28,224 bases of DNA. Source: a virus. Its lineage: Duplodnaviria; Caudoviricetes. The translations under genes were made by a program, and so were the position numbers. The DNA lies in IMG/VR virus record IMGVR_UViG_3300017721_001543, positions 1 through 28,224 of that record; one strand, 5' to 3'. Positions 19,746-28,224 of the stretch are shown in pieces (the first letter of the stretch is position 1; each line of letters opens with the position of its first letter). The notes under the pieces were generated by a model, which ran no database searches, was not told where the DNA came from, and saw only the letters and a list, made by a program, of their open reading frames with translations.

Positions 19746-20746
19746 AGATAAGTTTTTTAGCAGAAATAGATTATGCTAATGTTCTTACTGAATATTCTAA
19801 TTTATTGAACCAATCATCAGATATAGAATGTAAATCTATATGTTTAAAAAAACATATATTTAATTACTATCTTCAACATGATTATGATGTATTAAGTTGT
19901 AACCCAACTCAAATTAAAGAAATTATTGACTATATTAAAGATAGTGATTATATAATTTTTGGAGAGGAAAATAGCCATTTAGGAACTACTTATTGGATGT
20001 TAGATCAATTTAAAACATTAACTGGTTTAGATATTATTGAACTAGATTCTAAAATACTAGTTTGGCATGCAGGTTCTAATTATAGAAACAATGCAAGTTA
20101 TTATAATTCACATCCTCAAAAACATAGACTCCATAAATCTTTATATGGAATAGATTTATTTAGATTATCAAATAAAGAAGAGAATGATACCCCTATTCAT
20201 ATTTATCAAAATTTTAATTTTAATTATGACCAATTCATCTCAGATTTTAAAATTAAATTAAATAAAAAACCTTGGACTATATTACACATTCCTTCAAATG
20301 TTAATACTAAGGGCACACAGCAAATTAATGAATCGGTAGCAGCTTTAGATTTAGATCCTAATGAATTTCAATTTAAAGTGCTTCAAAATTTATCTCACTC
20401 TCAAGTTATTAAAGAAAAGAAAAAATCTATATTTTATATAGATCAATTTAATCCTAATGTAGGGGGATATGGTGTATCTACTTTAGAAAGTGTAGTTGCT
20501 GGTAACCTTACATTTAGCACAGTAAATAATATAAGTGACTCAATCCAATATTTAACTGGAAAACCTGAAATACCTTTAGTTTCCCTTGGAGTTACACAAC
20601 GAGAATTGTATAATGATCTATCAACTTATATAAAAGGTCTAACTCCGGATTTACTTTTAGAATATATAATGGGTATAGGACAGTGGATGGAAGAATTTTA
20701 TTCCCCAAAAGCCATAACAAATCAATTTATAGATATTATATGTTAA
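19742..20746 (+). CDS. Putative GT-B glycosyltransferase
   Basis: ILHIPSN...KGT, IFYIDQF, GYGVSTLESVVAG. Confidence 0.7.
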   Translation: MKISFLAEIDYANVLTEYSNLLNQSSDIECKSICLKKHIFNYYLQHDYDVLSCNPTQIKEIIDYIKDSDYIIFGEENSHLGTTYWMLDQFKTLTGLDIIELDSKILVWHAGSNYRNNASYYNSHPQKHRLHKSLYGIDLFRLSNKEENDTPIHIYQNFNFNYDQFISDFKIKLNKKPWTILHIPSNVNTKGTQQINESVAALDLDPNEFQFKVLQNLSHSQVIKEKKKSIFYIDQFNPNVGGYGVSTLESVVAGNLTFSTVNNISDSIQYLTGKPEIPLVSLGVTQRELYNDLSTYIKGLTPDLLLEYIMGIGQWMEEFYSPKAITNQFIDIIC

Positions 20747-21837
20747 GACTCATCAAACCATATATTCGTTATAGAGATGTTAGGCGACAATTTAAAGAAG
20801 TCTTTAGAACTGGAATGTTTACCAAAGGAAAATATGTAGACCAGTTTAAAAATGATTTAAGAGAGTATTTAAAATGTAATAATGTTTCTCTTACTACATC
20901 AGCTACAACAGCACTAGCTTTATGTTTAGAAATACTTAAGATAAAATCAGATGATGAAGTTATAGTTTCAGATTTTTCTTTTCCTGCTACAGCTAATGTA
21001 GTTGAAAATATTGGGGCAATTCCAATTTTTGCTGATGTAGATTTAAAAACTTACAATATGTTACCTGAAGATTTAGAGAAAAAAATATCTTCTAAAACAA
21101 AAGCTGTTATATTTGTAGATGCTTTAGGTAATCCCTCAAATATTCATGAAATTAGTGCTATCTGTAAAAAACATAACATCCCTCTTATTGAAGATGCTGC
21201 CTGTGCCTTAGGTAGTAGTGAATATGGAAATAAAAATGGAAACATAGCAGATTTAACTTGCTTCAGTTTTCATCCTCGTAAATTACTTACAACAGGTGAA
21301 GGTGGAGCTATTACTACTAATAATCCTTCATATGCTGATGAAATTGAAGTTAAACTTAATCACGGAGCTATCTTTAAAGAAAATAGATTTCAATTTATTA
21401 CCTCTGGGTTTAATTATAGAATGAATGAAATGCAAGCTATAATGGGTATTGAAGGTTTAAAAAAATTAGATAAAAATATTCAAATAAGAAGTAAAATTAA
21501 ACACAAATACACAGAAGCTTTATCTGAATTAGGTTTTATCCCTCACTTAACTACTTACCCAGCATTTCATAATGTACAATCAGTTGTATTTACAGTTCCT
21601 TCAAAAATAAATCGTGATGGGTTAATTCAATACTTAAAAACTAAGGGTGTAGAATCTACTATAGGTACTTATTGTTTAAGTAATACCTCTTATTATAAAG
21701 CAAAATATAATAATGTTCAACCTAATTCTAAATTCTTAGAAGAAAATACTATAACTTTACCTTGTTATAAAGGAGTTAATACTAGAAAAATCATAAAAAC
21801 TATTTCTAAATATGTCTTTACTGAAACTTATTTTTAA
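20740..21837 (+). CDS. DegT/DnrJ/EryC1/StrS sugar aminotransferase
   Basis: TSATTAL, FSFPATAN, IEDAACALG, FSFHPRKLLTTGEGG, GFNYRM. Start placed at ATG 20740. Confidence 0.95.
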   Translation: MLRLIKPYIRYRDVRRQFKEVFRTGMFTKGKYVDQFKNDLREYLKCNNVSLTTSATTALALCLEILKIKSDDEVIVSDFSFPATANVVENIGAIPIFADVDLKTYNMLPEDLEKKISSKTKAVIFVDALGNPSNIHEISAICKKHNIPLIEDAACALGSSEYGNKNGNIADLTCFSFHPRKLLTTGEGGAITTNNPSYADEIEVKLNHGAIFKENRFQFITSGFNYRMNEMQAIMGIEGLKKLDKNIQIRSKIKHKYTEALSELGFIPHLTTYPAFHNVQSVVFTVPSKINRDGLIQYLKTKGVESTIGTYCLSNTSYYKAKYNNVQPNSKFLEENTITLPCYKGVNTRKIIKTISKYVFTETYF

Positions 21838-22306
21838 AAAATTCTATAATAAACTTTACTATGATAAAAAAATAAATCATAATAGAAGTTTATCTTTAGG
21901 GGATTATATGAATGACAGATGGGAACGAGCTGAAAAAGAAGGTTTTGGTGAAGGTACTTCTGTATATGATAATGTATTAATTTTAGGTGATGTAAAAGTA
22001 GGAAAACATTGTTGGATAGGTCCTAATGTTGTATTAGATGGAAGTGGTGGTTTAGAAATAGGAGACCATGTCCATGTTTCAGCTGGTGCTCAAATTTATA
22101 CTCATCATACAGTAAAATTTGCTACTTCATTAGGTAAAAAACCAATCCAAAGAAAATCAACAAAAATAGGTAATGGAGTTTATATAGGTCCTAATAGTAT
22201 AATACAAATGGGCTGCACTATAGGCAATAAAGCAATAATTGGAGCTTTAACATTTGTTAATAAAAACATAAGACCAGGTGTTAAATATATTAATAAAAGA
22301 AAATGA
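21812..22306 (+). CDS. Hexapeptide-repeat (left-handed beta-helix) acyltransferase
   Basis: VKVGKHCWIGPNVVLDGSGGLEIGDHVHVSAGAQIYTH, KIGNGVYIGPNSII. Confidence 0.9.
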   Translation: MSLLKLIFKKFYNKLYYDKKINHNRSLSLGDYMNDRWERAEKEGFGEGTSVYDNVLILGDVKVGKHCWIGPNVVLDGSGGLEIGDHVHVSAGAQIYTHHTVKFATSLGKKPIQRKSTKIGNGVYIGPNSIIQMGCTIGNKAIIGALTFVNKNIRPGVKYINKRK

Positions 22307-23280
22307 AAAATAGACCTAAAATAAAAAATAGTACAATCTTAGTTACAGGTGGAGCTGGATTTATAGGTAGTCATTTAGTTGATAGATTACTTACAGAACA
22401 AGCAAAACAGGTAATTGTAATAGATAATATGTTTCTTGGAGATGAAGATAATTTAAAAGATGCTTTTAAAAAAGGAGTTATCCTTTATAAGGATGATTGT
22501 GAAATCTATACTTCTTTAGAATATATATTTAATAAACACGACATTGATATAGTTTTTAATTGTGCCACAAAACCAATTAATTATACATTTATGAATCCTT
22601 CTAATGGGTTTCATTGTAATACAAATATTATTGTTAATCTTTTAGAATTGCAACGTAAAAATCAATTTAAAACATTAGTCCATTTCTCTACCTCAGAGGT
22701 ATTTGGTAGTGCTGTTTATGAACCTATGGATGAAGATCATCCTTTAAATCCAAAAACAACATATGCTGCTGGAAAAGTAGGTGCTGACAAGGCATTAGAA
22801 TCTTGGGTTGATAGTTTTGGGTTAGATGCTTTTATAGTTAGACCATTTAATAATTATGGTCCTAGACAAAATTCAAAACCACCCTTGGCTGCTGTAATTC
22901 CTGTTACTATGTTTAACTTAATTAATGGTCAATCACCAGAAATTTGGGGTGATGGATTGCAAAGTAGGGATTTTATTTATGTACATGATACTGTAGATGC
23001 TATTATAAAAGTTTATGATAAATTATCTCCTAAAGAATCAGTAAATATATCTACAGATGGTCAAATTACTATTAAAGAAGTTGTAGAAGATATTTGTACT
23101 ATTATGAAAGGAATGGACTATAAAGTAAAAGATATAATCTACAAGCCAGCTAGAAAAGCTGATGTAGAATGTCATATAGCTAGCAATAAAAAAATTAAAT
23201 CACTTATTAATTATCAACTTACTGACTATATACGTGGTTTAGGAGAAACTATTAGTTGGTACCAAAAAACATTAAAATAA
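22303..23280 (+). CDS. NAD-dependent nucleotide-sugar dehydratase/epimerase (4,6-dehydratase-like)
   Basis: VTGGAGFIGSH, FSTSEVFG, YAAGK, RPFNNYGPRQ, RDFIYV. Confidence 0.93.
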   Translation: MKNRPKIKNSTILVTGGAGFIGSHLVDRLLTEQAKQVIVIDNMFLGDEDNLKDAFKKGVILYKDDCEIYTSLEYIFNKHDIDIVFNCATKPINYTFMNPSNGFHCNTNIIVNLLELQRKNQFKTLVHFSTSEVFGSAVYEPMDEDHPLNPKTTYAAGKVGADKALESWVDSFGLDAFIVRPFNNYGPRQNSKPPLAAVIPVTMFNLINGQSPEIWGDGLQSRDFIYVHDTVDAIIKVYDKLSPKESVNISTDGQITIKEVVEDICTIMKGMDYKVKDIIYKPARKADVECHIASNKKIKSLINYQLTDYIRGLGETISWYQKTLK

Positions 23281-24098
23281 TGCCTGTAGTAATTAGAAAT
23301 ATTTTTGAAGATTATGTTAAAGATCGCTTTGACTTAGAAGACTGTATTGCAGTTAATAATGGAAGTAGTGCTATAATAGCGGCTTTATGGTCTATGGATT
23401 TAAAAGCTGATGATGAAGTTATAACAACTCCATTTACATTTATTTCTACTGTAACGTCTATTATTGTAGCAGGTGCAAAACCTGTATTTGTAGATATTAA
23501 TGAAGAAGATTATTTAATTAATGCTGATTTAATTGAAGCAGCTATTACATCTAAAACAAAAGCTATTATGCCTGTCCATTTATATGGTCAAGTATGTGAA
23601 ATGGATAAAATTAACCAAATTGCTAAAAAACATAATTTAGTAGTAATTGAAGATACATCACAATCATTTGGAGCAGAACAAAATGGTAAATTAGCAGGAA
23701 TGCTTTCAGATGTAGGTACTTTTTCATTCCAAAAAACAAAAAATATAAATACTTTTGAAGGTGGAATGATTTGTGTTCCCAAAAATTCTAAATTAGATGC
23801 TTCTAAAATTAGAGCAATTTGTAATCAAGGTCAAACTAGTAAATATTATCATGAATACTTAGGTTTTAATTTTAGATTAGCAGAACCTCTTTGCTTAATG
23901 GCTTACAGTCAAATGAAACTTCATATGACAGGAATTAAATCAGAACTAGGGCTTAGAGGTCCTAAAGATGGTCATTATCCTTATGTAGTTTATGATCAGC
24001 CAGCAATTAAAAGATTAGGAATAACTGGAGATTGTCCTATAGCAGAAGCTAAAGCTAAATTTATCAATGAAAATTATTTTAAACCCAAAAAAGTATGA
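23280..24098 (+). CDS. Shortened DegT-family (WbpE-like) aminotransferase
   Basis: AVNNGSSA, TPFTFIST, PVHLYGQ, IEDTSQSFGA, FSFQKTKNINTFEGG; 272 aa from the ATG overlapping the upstream TAA. Confidence 0.85.
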   Translation: MPVVIRNIFEDYVKDRFDLEDCIAVNNGSSAIIAALWSMDLKADDEVITTPFTFISTVTSIIVAGAKPVFVDINEEDYLINADLIEAAITSKTKAIMPVHLYGQVCEMDKINQIAKKHNLVVIEDTSQSFGAEQNGKLAGMLSDVGTFSFQKTKNINTFEGGMICVPKNSKLDASKIRAICNQGQTSKYYHEYLGFNFRLAEPLCLMAYSQMKLHMTGIKSELGLRGPKDGHYPYVVYDQPAIKRLGITGDCPIAEAKAKFINENYFKPKKV

Positions 24099-24286
24099 AC
24101 AAAAAGAGAGAACTAATGGAAGATATTCTGGCTGTTAATACAGTAATAGAAGAAGTTTGGAATTATCACCCATCGAATCCTAATAGATTAGATATTGAAG
24201 AAGAATATGATAAACTTATGGAAATTAAATCTGACCTTCAAAAAGAATTAGTTGAATTAGAAAAATCACAAACAGATGAAGTATAA
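24095..24286 (+). CDS. Small acidic helical hypothetical protein
   Basis: Overlaps both neighbours; helix-YHPSNP-helix. Confidence 0.65.
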   Translation: MNKKRELMEDILAVNTVIEEVWNYHPSNPNRLDIEEEYDKLMEIKSDLQKELVELEKSQTDEV

Positions 24287-25286
24287 AGTAGGAATTATTG
24301 GTTGCGGAGGTATATTTCCAAGACATATAGAAGCAATAGAAGCTAATGAAGAATTTGAACTAATCTCAGTTTGTGATATACAACCTACATTAGCTAAAAG
24401 TTTAGGTAAAAGGTATAATGTATCACATTATACTGATTATCAAAAAATGATTAAAAACGAGGATGTTAATTTTATTGTTATTGCTACCCCAAATGTTTTA
24501 CATAAAGAACAGGCTAAATTTGCGTTATCTAATAAATGTGATGTATTAATTGAAAAACCTGTAGCATTTAATATTAAAGATGTAAAGGATATTCAAAAAC
24601 ATGCTGAAAAAAATAAACAAACTGCTTATTGTGTATTACAAGTTAGATTAAACCCAACAGTACATTTATTAAAAGAAGTACTTGAAAATAAATTATTAGG
24701 GGAAATTAGAGGTTTTAGTTTTACCCAAAGATGGCAACGCCCACTTGAATACTTCTCAGGATGGAGAGGTGAACCAGAAGTAGGTGGAGGTATTTTATAT
24801 GAAACTGGGATTCATTATTTAGATATATTACAACATTTACTTGGAGCCCCTAAAGAAGTACTTGCTACTAAATTATATACTACTAAACATAAAGATGGAG
24901 TAATTGAAGATACAGTATATTCCTTAGTTGATTATGGTGAATTTGGTGGTACTATTGAATCTACAATAGCTACAGAACCACATAATATTGAAAGTTCTAT
25001 TTCATTGTTAGGATCAAATGGTTATATAAAAATAGGAGGTAAAGCTTTAAATATAATTGAGTCTGCTAATTTTTTAAGTCATGGATTTAAACAAGAATAT
25101 GATAGAATTAGTAAAAAATATGACCAAGTAAATCAACCTAATTCATATGGTTCTTATCAAGGTTCGTGTCCTAACCATCCTGATGTTTATAAAAATTTAA
25201 AAGATTTTAATTTGGCTCAAACATATAATGTTATTACCTTAATTGAAGGCATTTATAATAAAGCCGGAGTAGTATATGGAAAATAA
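24276..25286 (+). CDS. Gfo/Idh/MocA oxidoreductase (WbpB/WlbA-like sugar 3-dehydrogenase)
   Basis: GIIGCGGI, IATPNVLH, LIEKP, VLQVRLNP, WQRPLEYF, GIHYLD. Confidence 0.88.
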   Translation: MKYKVGIIGCGGIFPRHIEAIEANEEFELISVCDIQPTLAKSLGKRYNVSHYTDYQKMIKNEDVNFIVIATPNVLHKEQAKFALSNKCDVLIEKPVAFNIKDVKDIQKHAEKNKQTAYCVLQVRLNPTVHLLKEVLENKLLGEIRGFSFTQRWQRPLEYFSGWRGEPEVGGGILYETGIHYLDILQHLLGAPKEVLATKLYTTKHKDGVIEDTVYSLVDYGEFGGTIESTIATEPHNIESSISLLGSNGYIKIGGKALNIIESANFLSHGFKQEYDRISKKYDQVNQPNSYGSYQGSCPNHPDVYKNLKDFNLAQTYNVITLIEGIYNKAGVVYGK

Positions 25287-26076
25287 ATTATTAATTTTTA
25301 TAGTTGCATATCAAAGGCAATCTTATACACAAGGTACTATTGAACTACTTAATAAAGTAAGACCTGAAGGTAGTACTGTTATAGTTTGTGATAATGGTTC
25401 TACTGATGGAACTAGAGAATGGTTAGAAGAAAACCAAGAAAAATATGATTTAGGCCTTATCTTCCCAGAAGAAAATCTAAGAGTAGGTGGAGCTTGGATG
25501 TTGCTTACAGAATATTTCCAACCAGAAGATTTTACTCATATTTTATTATTAGATAATGATGGTTGGTTTTCTCCATCAAAACCTGATTGGTTTGATCAAT
25601 GTCTAGAAATATTTGATACAGATCCTAAAATTGCATCATTAGGTTTACAACGTGAAAGAAAACCTGGATTTTTTTCAATGGAAAAAACATTTGACCCATA
25701 TTTTGACTCTAGAGAATCATTTAATGATTTAGAAATTTATGATACAATTTTCTTTGCTGCTTTTAGATTAGATAAATTTGATTTATGGCATGAAGCATTT
25801 TCTAATTGGCCTCATACTTTTGTTGGAGATAAACTAAACACCCATTATATATCTTCAGGTTATCGTTCAGTTAAAATAACTCCTGGATTTGTAGTAGACA
25901 TATCTGAATATAATTTTAATAACCCAGACCATGCAGAGTATAATAAATGGTTTTATGAAAGAGAAAGGGATGCAGATGAGTTTAAACGAAGAACTGATAT
26001 GCATTCTACCACAGGAGAAGATGAACAATTCGTTATTGACAATTTTGGACAAGAATATATTAAATTTTTATCATGA
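25276..26076 (+). CDS. GT2-family glycosyltransferase
   Basis: IVCDNGSTDGT, ENLRVGGA, LLLDND. Confidence 0.88.
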   Translation: MENKLLIFIVAYQRQSYTQGTIELLNKVRPEGSTVIVCDNGSTDGTREWLEENQEKYDLGLIFPEENLRVGGAWMLLTEYFQPEDFTHILLLDNDGWFSPSKPDWFDQCLEIFDTDPKIASLGLQRERKPGFFSMEKTFDPYFDSRESFNDLEIYDTIFFAAFRLDKFDLWHEAFSNWPHTFVGDKLNTHYISSGYRSVKITPGFVVDISEYNFNNPDHAEYNKWFYERERDADEFKRRTDMHSTTGEDEQFVIDNFGQEYIKFLS

Positions 26077-26777
26077 TACACATTTATCAAAGACATTGTA
26101 ATTTTTCCTCCAATTCAGTAGGAAAAAGTAGACCAGAATGGTTTTCACGTGAAAAATGTTTTCAAAATTTAATTAAAACCCTAAGTAAACATAAAAAAGA
26201 TGTAAAACTTACTATTATGTTTGATGGTGAACCTGATGAGGATCATTTTATTAACAAATATAATAATAGATATAATGATATAGTTAAATTAAAAGGAGGT
26301 GATGACGCTAAAAGTTTTCTTAATGTAGTTAATCACGTAGCAAAACAAGATATCCCAGAAGATGATATTATATATTTTTTAGAAGATGATTATATACATA
26401 CTTCTAATTGGGTAAAAATAATGTTAGAAGGGTTTGATCAAATGAATGTTGATTATCTTACATTATATGATCATTCTGATAAGTATTTTCTACCTATGTA
26501 TGAAAATCTTCAAAGTACAATTTTAGTAACTAAAAGTACTCACTGGAGAACTACTCCATCAACTACAAATACTTATGCTTGTAAATTTAATACATTTAAG
26601 AAACATTTAAATATCCATAAAGCATATTGTGATTTAGATCGTGGTTTTACAGATGATCATAATAAATTTACTCGTTTATGGCAGGAAGGTAGTAATTTAG
26701 TTTCTAGTATTCCTGGTTGTTTAACTCACGTAGAAACCGAATATTTAAGTCCGGTGGTTGATTGGAGCAAGGTATGA
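26073..26777 (+). CDS. Putative GT-A glycosyltransferase
   Basis: IYFLEDDYIH, YLTLYDHSDKY, HWRTTPSTT. Confidence 0.7.
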   Translation: MIHIYQRHCNFSSNSVGKSRPEWFSREKCFQNLIKTLSKHKKDVKLTIMFDGEPDEDHFINKYNNRYNDIVKLKGGDDAKSFLNVVNHVAKQDIPEDDIIYFLEDDYIHTSNWVKIMLEGFDQMNVDYLTLYDHSDKYFLPMYENLQSTILVTKSTHWRTTPSTTNTYACKFNTFKKHLNIHKAYCDLDRGFTDDHNKFTRLWQEGSNLVSSIPGCLTHVETEYLSPVVDWSKV

Positions 26778-27547
26778 GTTTTAGTGTAATTATTCCTACT
26801 TATAAGGAACCGGAATATCTAGATTTATGTCTTAAATCAGCATTTGAAGGTCAAGTCAATGATAATGAAATTATTGTTGTTGTAGATGGTTTTTTAGAAC
26901 TAAACCAACCAGTTTTAGATAAATATCCTAATGTTGTAGTATTAGATTTGGGTGATAATCAAGGTTTGCCTATAGCAACGAATTGGGGTGTTTACAACGC
27001 AACACATGACTTTATTTTAGTAGTTAATGATGACAACGTATTCCCGCGTAATTGGGACGAGAAATTAACACCATTTAAACAACAAGGCGTTGTAGTATCA
27101 GCGAACCAAATTGAACCCAACCCTTCAATGTTCCCTCAATTTATAATTAAAGATTTGGGTAAATCACCTGAAGAATTTGATTTAGAGCAATATTGGGAAT
27201 TTGAAGATACACAATATAAACAAGCAGAATTAAATGGTTCAACTTTACCATTTATGATGAATAAATACGATTATTTAGCAGTTGGTGGTTGGGATGTTAT
27301 GTACCCTTCTCCACACGTTGTAGATTGGGATTTCTTTCTTAAATGTGAATACGCGGGGTATCTTATGAAGCGTGCGTATGTTAATTTTTATCATTTTGCT
27401 GGCGCAGCCACGCGTAAAACCCCAGAACAAAGCGCAGAATCAACACGTAAAGAACAATTAGCTCATCAATTTTTCTCTACTAAATGGGATAATATAGCAG
27501 AACATAACCCTCAAAACAATTCTAAGTTATTATCTAAATTTAAATGA
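26774..27547 (+). CDS. GT2-family glycosyltransferase
   Basis: SVIIPTY, IIVVVDG, NQGL..ATN.G, VNDDNV, VGGWD, DWDF. Start at the ATGA overlap at 26774. Confidence 0.9.
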   Translation: MSFSVIIPTYKEPEYLDLCLKSAFEGQVNDNEIIVVVDGFLELNQPVLDKYPNVVVLDLGDNQGLPIATNWGVYNATHDFILVVNDDNVFPRNWDEKLTPFKQQGVVVSANQIEPNPSMFPQFIIKDLGKSPEEFDLEQYWEFEDTQYKQAELNGSTLPFMMNKYDYLAVGGWDVMYPSPHVVDWDFFLKCEYAGYLMKRAYVNFYHFAGAATRKTPEQSAESTRKEQLAHQFFSTKWDNIAEHNPQNNSKLLSKFK

Positions 27548-27912
27548 AAGAACTTCTACAAAAGAAATATGGCGAGGGTTTAGATATAAAAGAATCACCT
27601 AAAACTGAAGCTGAACGTGAATTAGCTTTATTTGTTGATACTGTAGAGACTCTAGAACACATTTGGCATGCCGAACATGAGTTATATGAAGATTATGGAG
27701 TAGATTTACTAGGTTTTAGTAAATATTATTACCACGCCATAGAGAATTTAGTTGTAGCTAAATATGGATACGATACAGCTGATGTAATTTGGTGGTGGGT
27801 TTTAGATAGATTTGATGCTAATGGTGAATTATTAGGTGTTGAAATGGAGGATGGGAAAGTGTATATGTTAGAAACTCCAACAGATTTATGGAAATTTTTA
27901 CAAAGTTTGTAA
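27544..27912 (+). CDS. Hypothetical acidic phage protein (122 aa)
   Basis: Intact ORF; no recognised family. Confidence 0.7.
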   Translation: MKELLQKKYGEGLDIKESPKTEAERELALFVDTVETLEHIWHAEHELYEDYGVDLLGFSKYYYHAIENLVVAKYGYDTADVIWWWVLDRFDANGELLGVEMEDGKVYMLETPTDLWKFLQSL

Positions 27913-27944
27913 TATGTATAGGGAAAACTTAAACATATTAACAC

Positions 27945-28127
27945 ATGAACAATATAACTTACATAGATTGTATAGTATGTAATCAACCAATGCCCGAATT
28001 AAGGTTAACTAAATTTGGTTATAAAAGTTGTGTAAACTGCTCAACAACAAAACCTAAACAAGCAGTAAACGCTCAATTTGGAGAAGGTGATCATACATTT
28101 AACGAAATAGTTTTTATAGAAGATTAA
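27945..28127 (+). CDS. TraR/DksA-type C4 zinc-finger protein
   Basis: CIVCNQPMPELRL...CVNC matches CxxCxxxIPxxRL-x8-CxxC. Confidence 0.7.
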   Translation: MNNITYIDCIVCNQPMPELRLTKFGYKSCVNCSTTKPKQAVNAQFGEGDHTFNEIVFIED

Positions 28128-28224
28128 TGCCAAGCGCTAAACCACTTGCTAAAGAACGAATATTAGCAGCTATGTCTCAAACATTGAGTAATAAAGCTGC
28201 TGCTCGCTATTTGCATGTGTCTTA
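28127..28224 (+). CDS. Helix-turn-helix protein (partial, runs off window)
   Basis: TAATG overlap; MPSAKPLAKERILAAMSQTLSNKAAARYLHVS has a Fis-like AAxxLxVS HTH. Confidence 0.55.
   Translation, partial: MPSAKPLAKERILAAMSQTLSNKAAARYLHVS

Overview
AT-rich, gene-dense window with all credible genes on the + strand, mostly joined by ATGA/TAATG overlaps and without clear Shine-Dalgarno sites. It most likely comes from a large (T4-like or jumbo) dsDNA phage of a Bacteroidota host. Contents in order: (1) a T4-type sliding clamp (partial) and two clamp-loader subunits, split apart by a chaperone module (Hsp20, GroES, GroEL); (2) a DUF1599/Nmad1 gene followed by a first glycan island; (3) a Cas4/RecB-like nuclease and a small ribbon-helix-helix protein; (4) a ~14 kb nucleotide-sugar and glycosyltransferase cluster; (5) a TraR/DksA-like zinc finger and a partial HTH gene. 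The most striking non-coding signal is a long-range complementarity between the 5' and 3' flanks of hsp20 (22 bp, one G-U pair, one 5-nt bulge) plus a cUUCGg hairpin in the leader, suggesting a closed 'panhandle' mRNA. Two recurrent intergenic motif classes are also present. All protein calls come from motif recognition by eye; no database searches were run.
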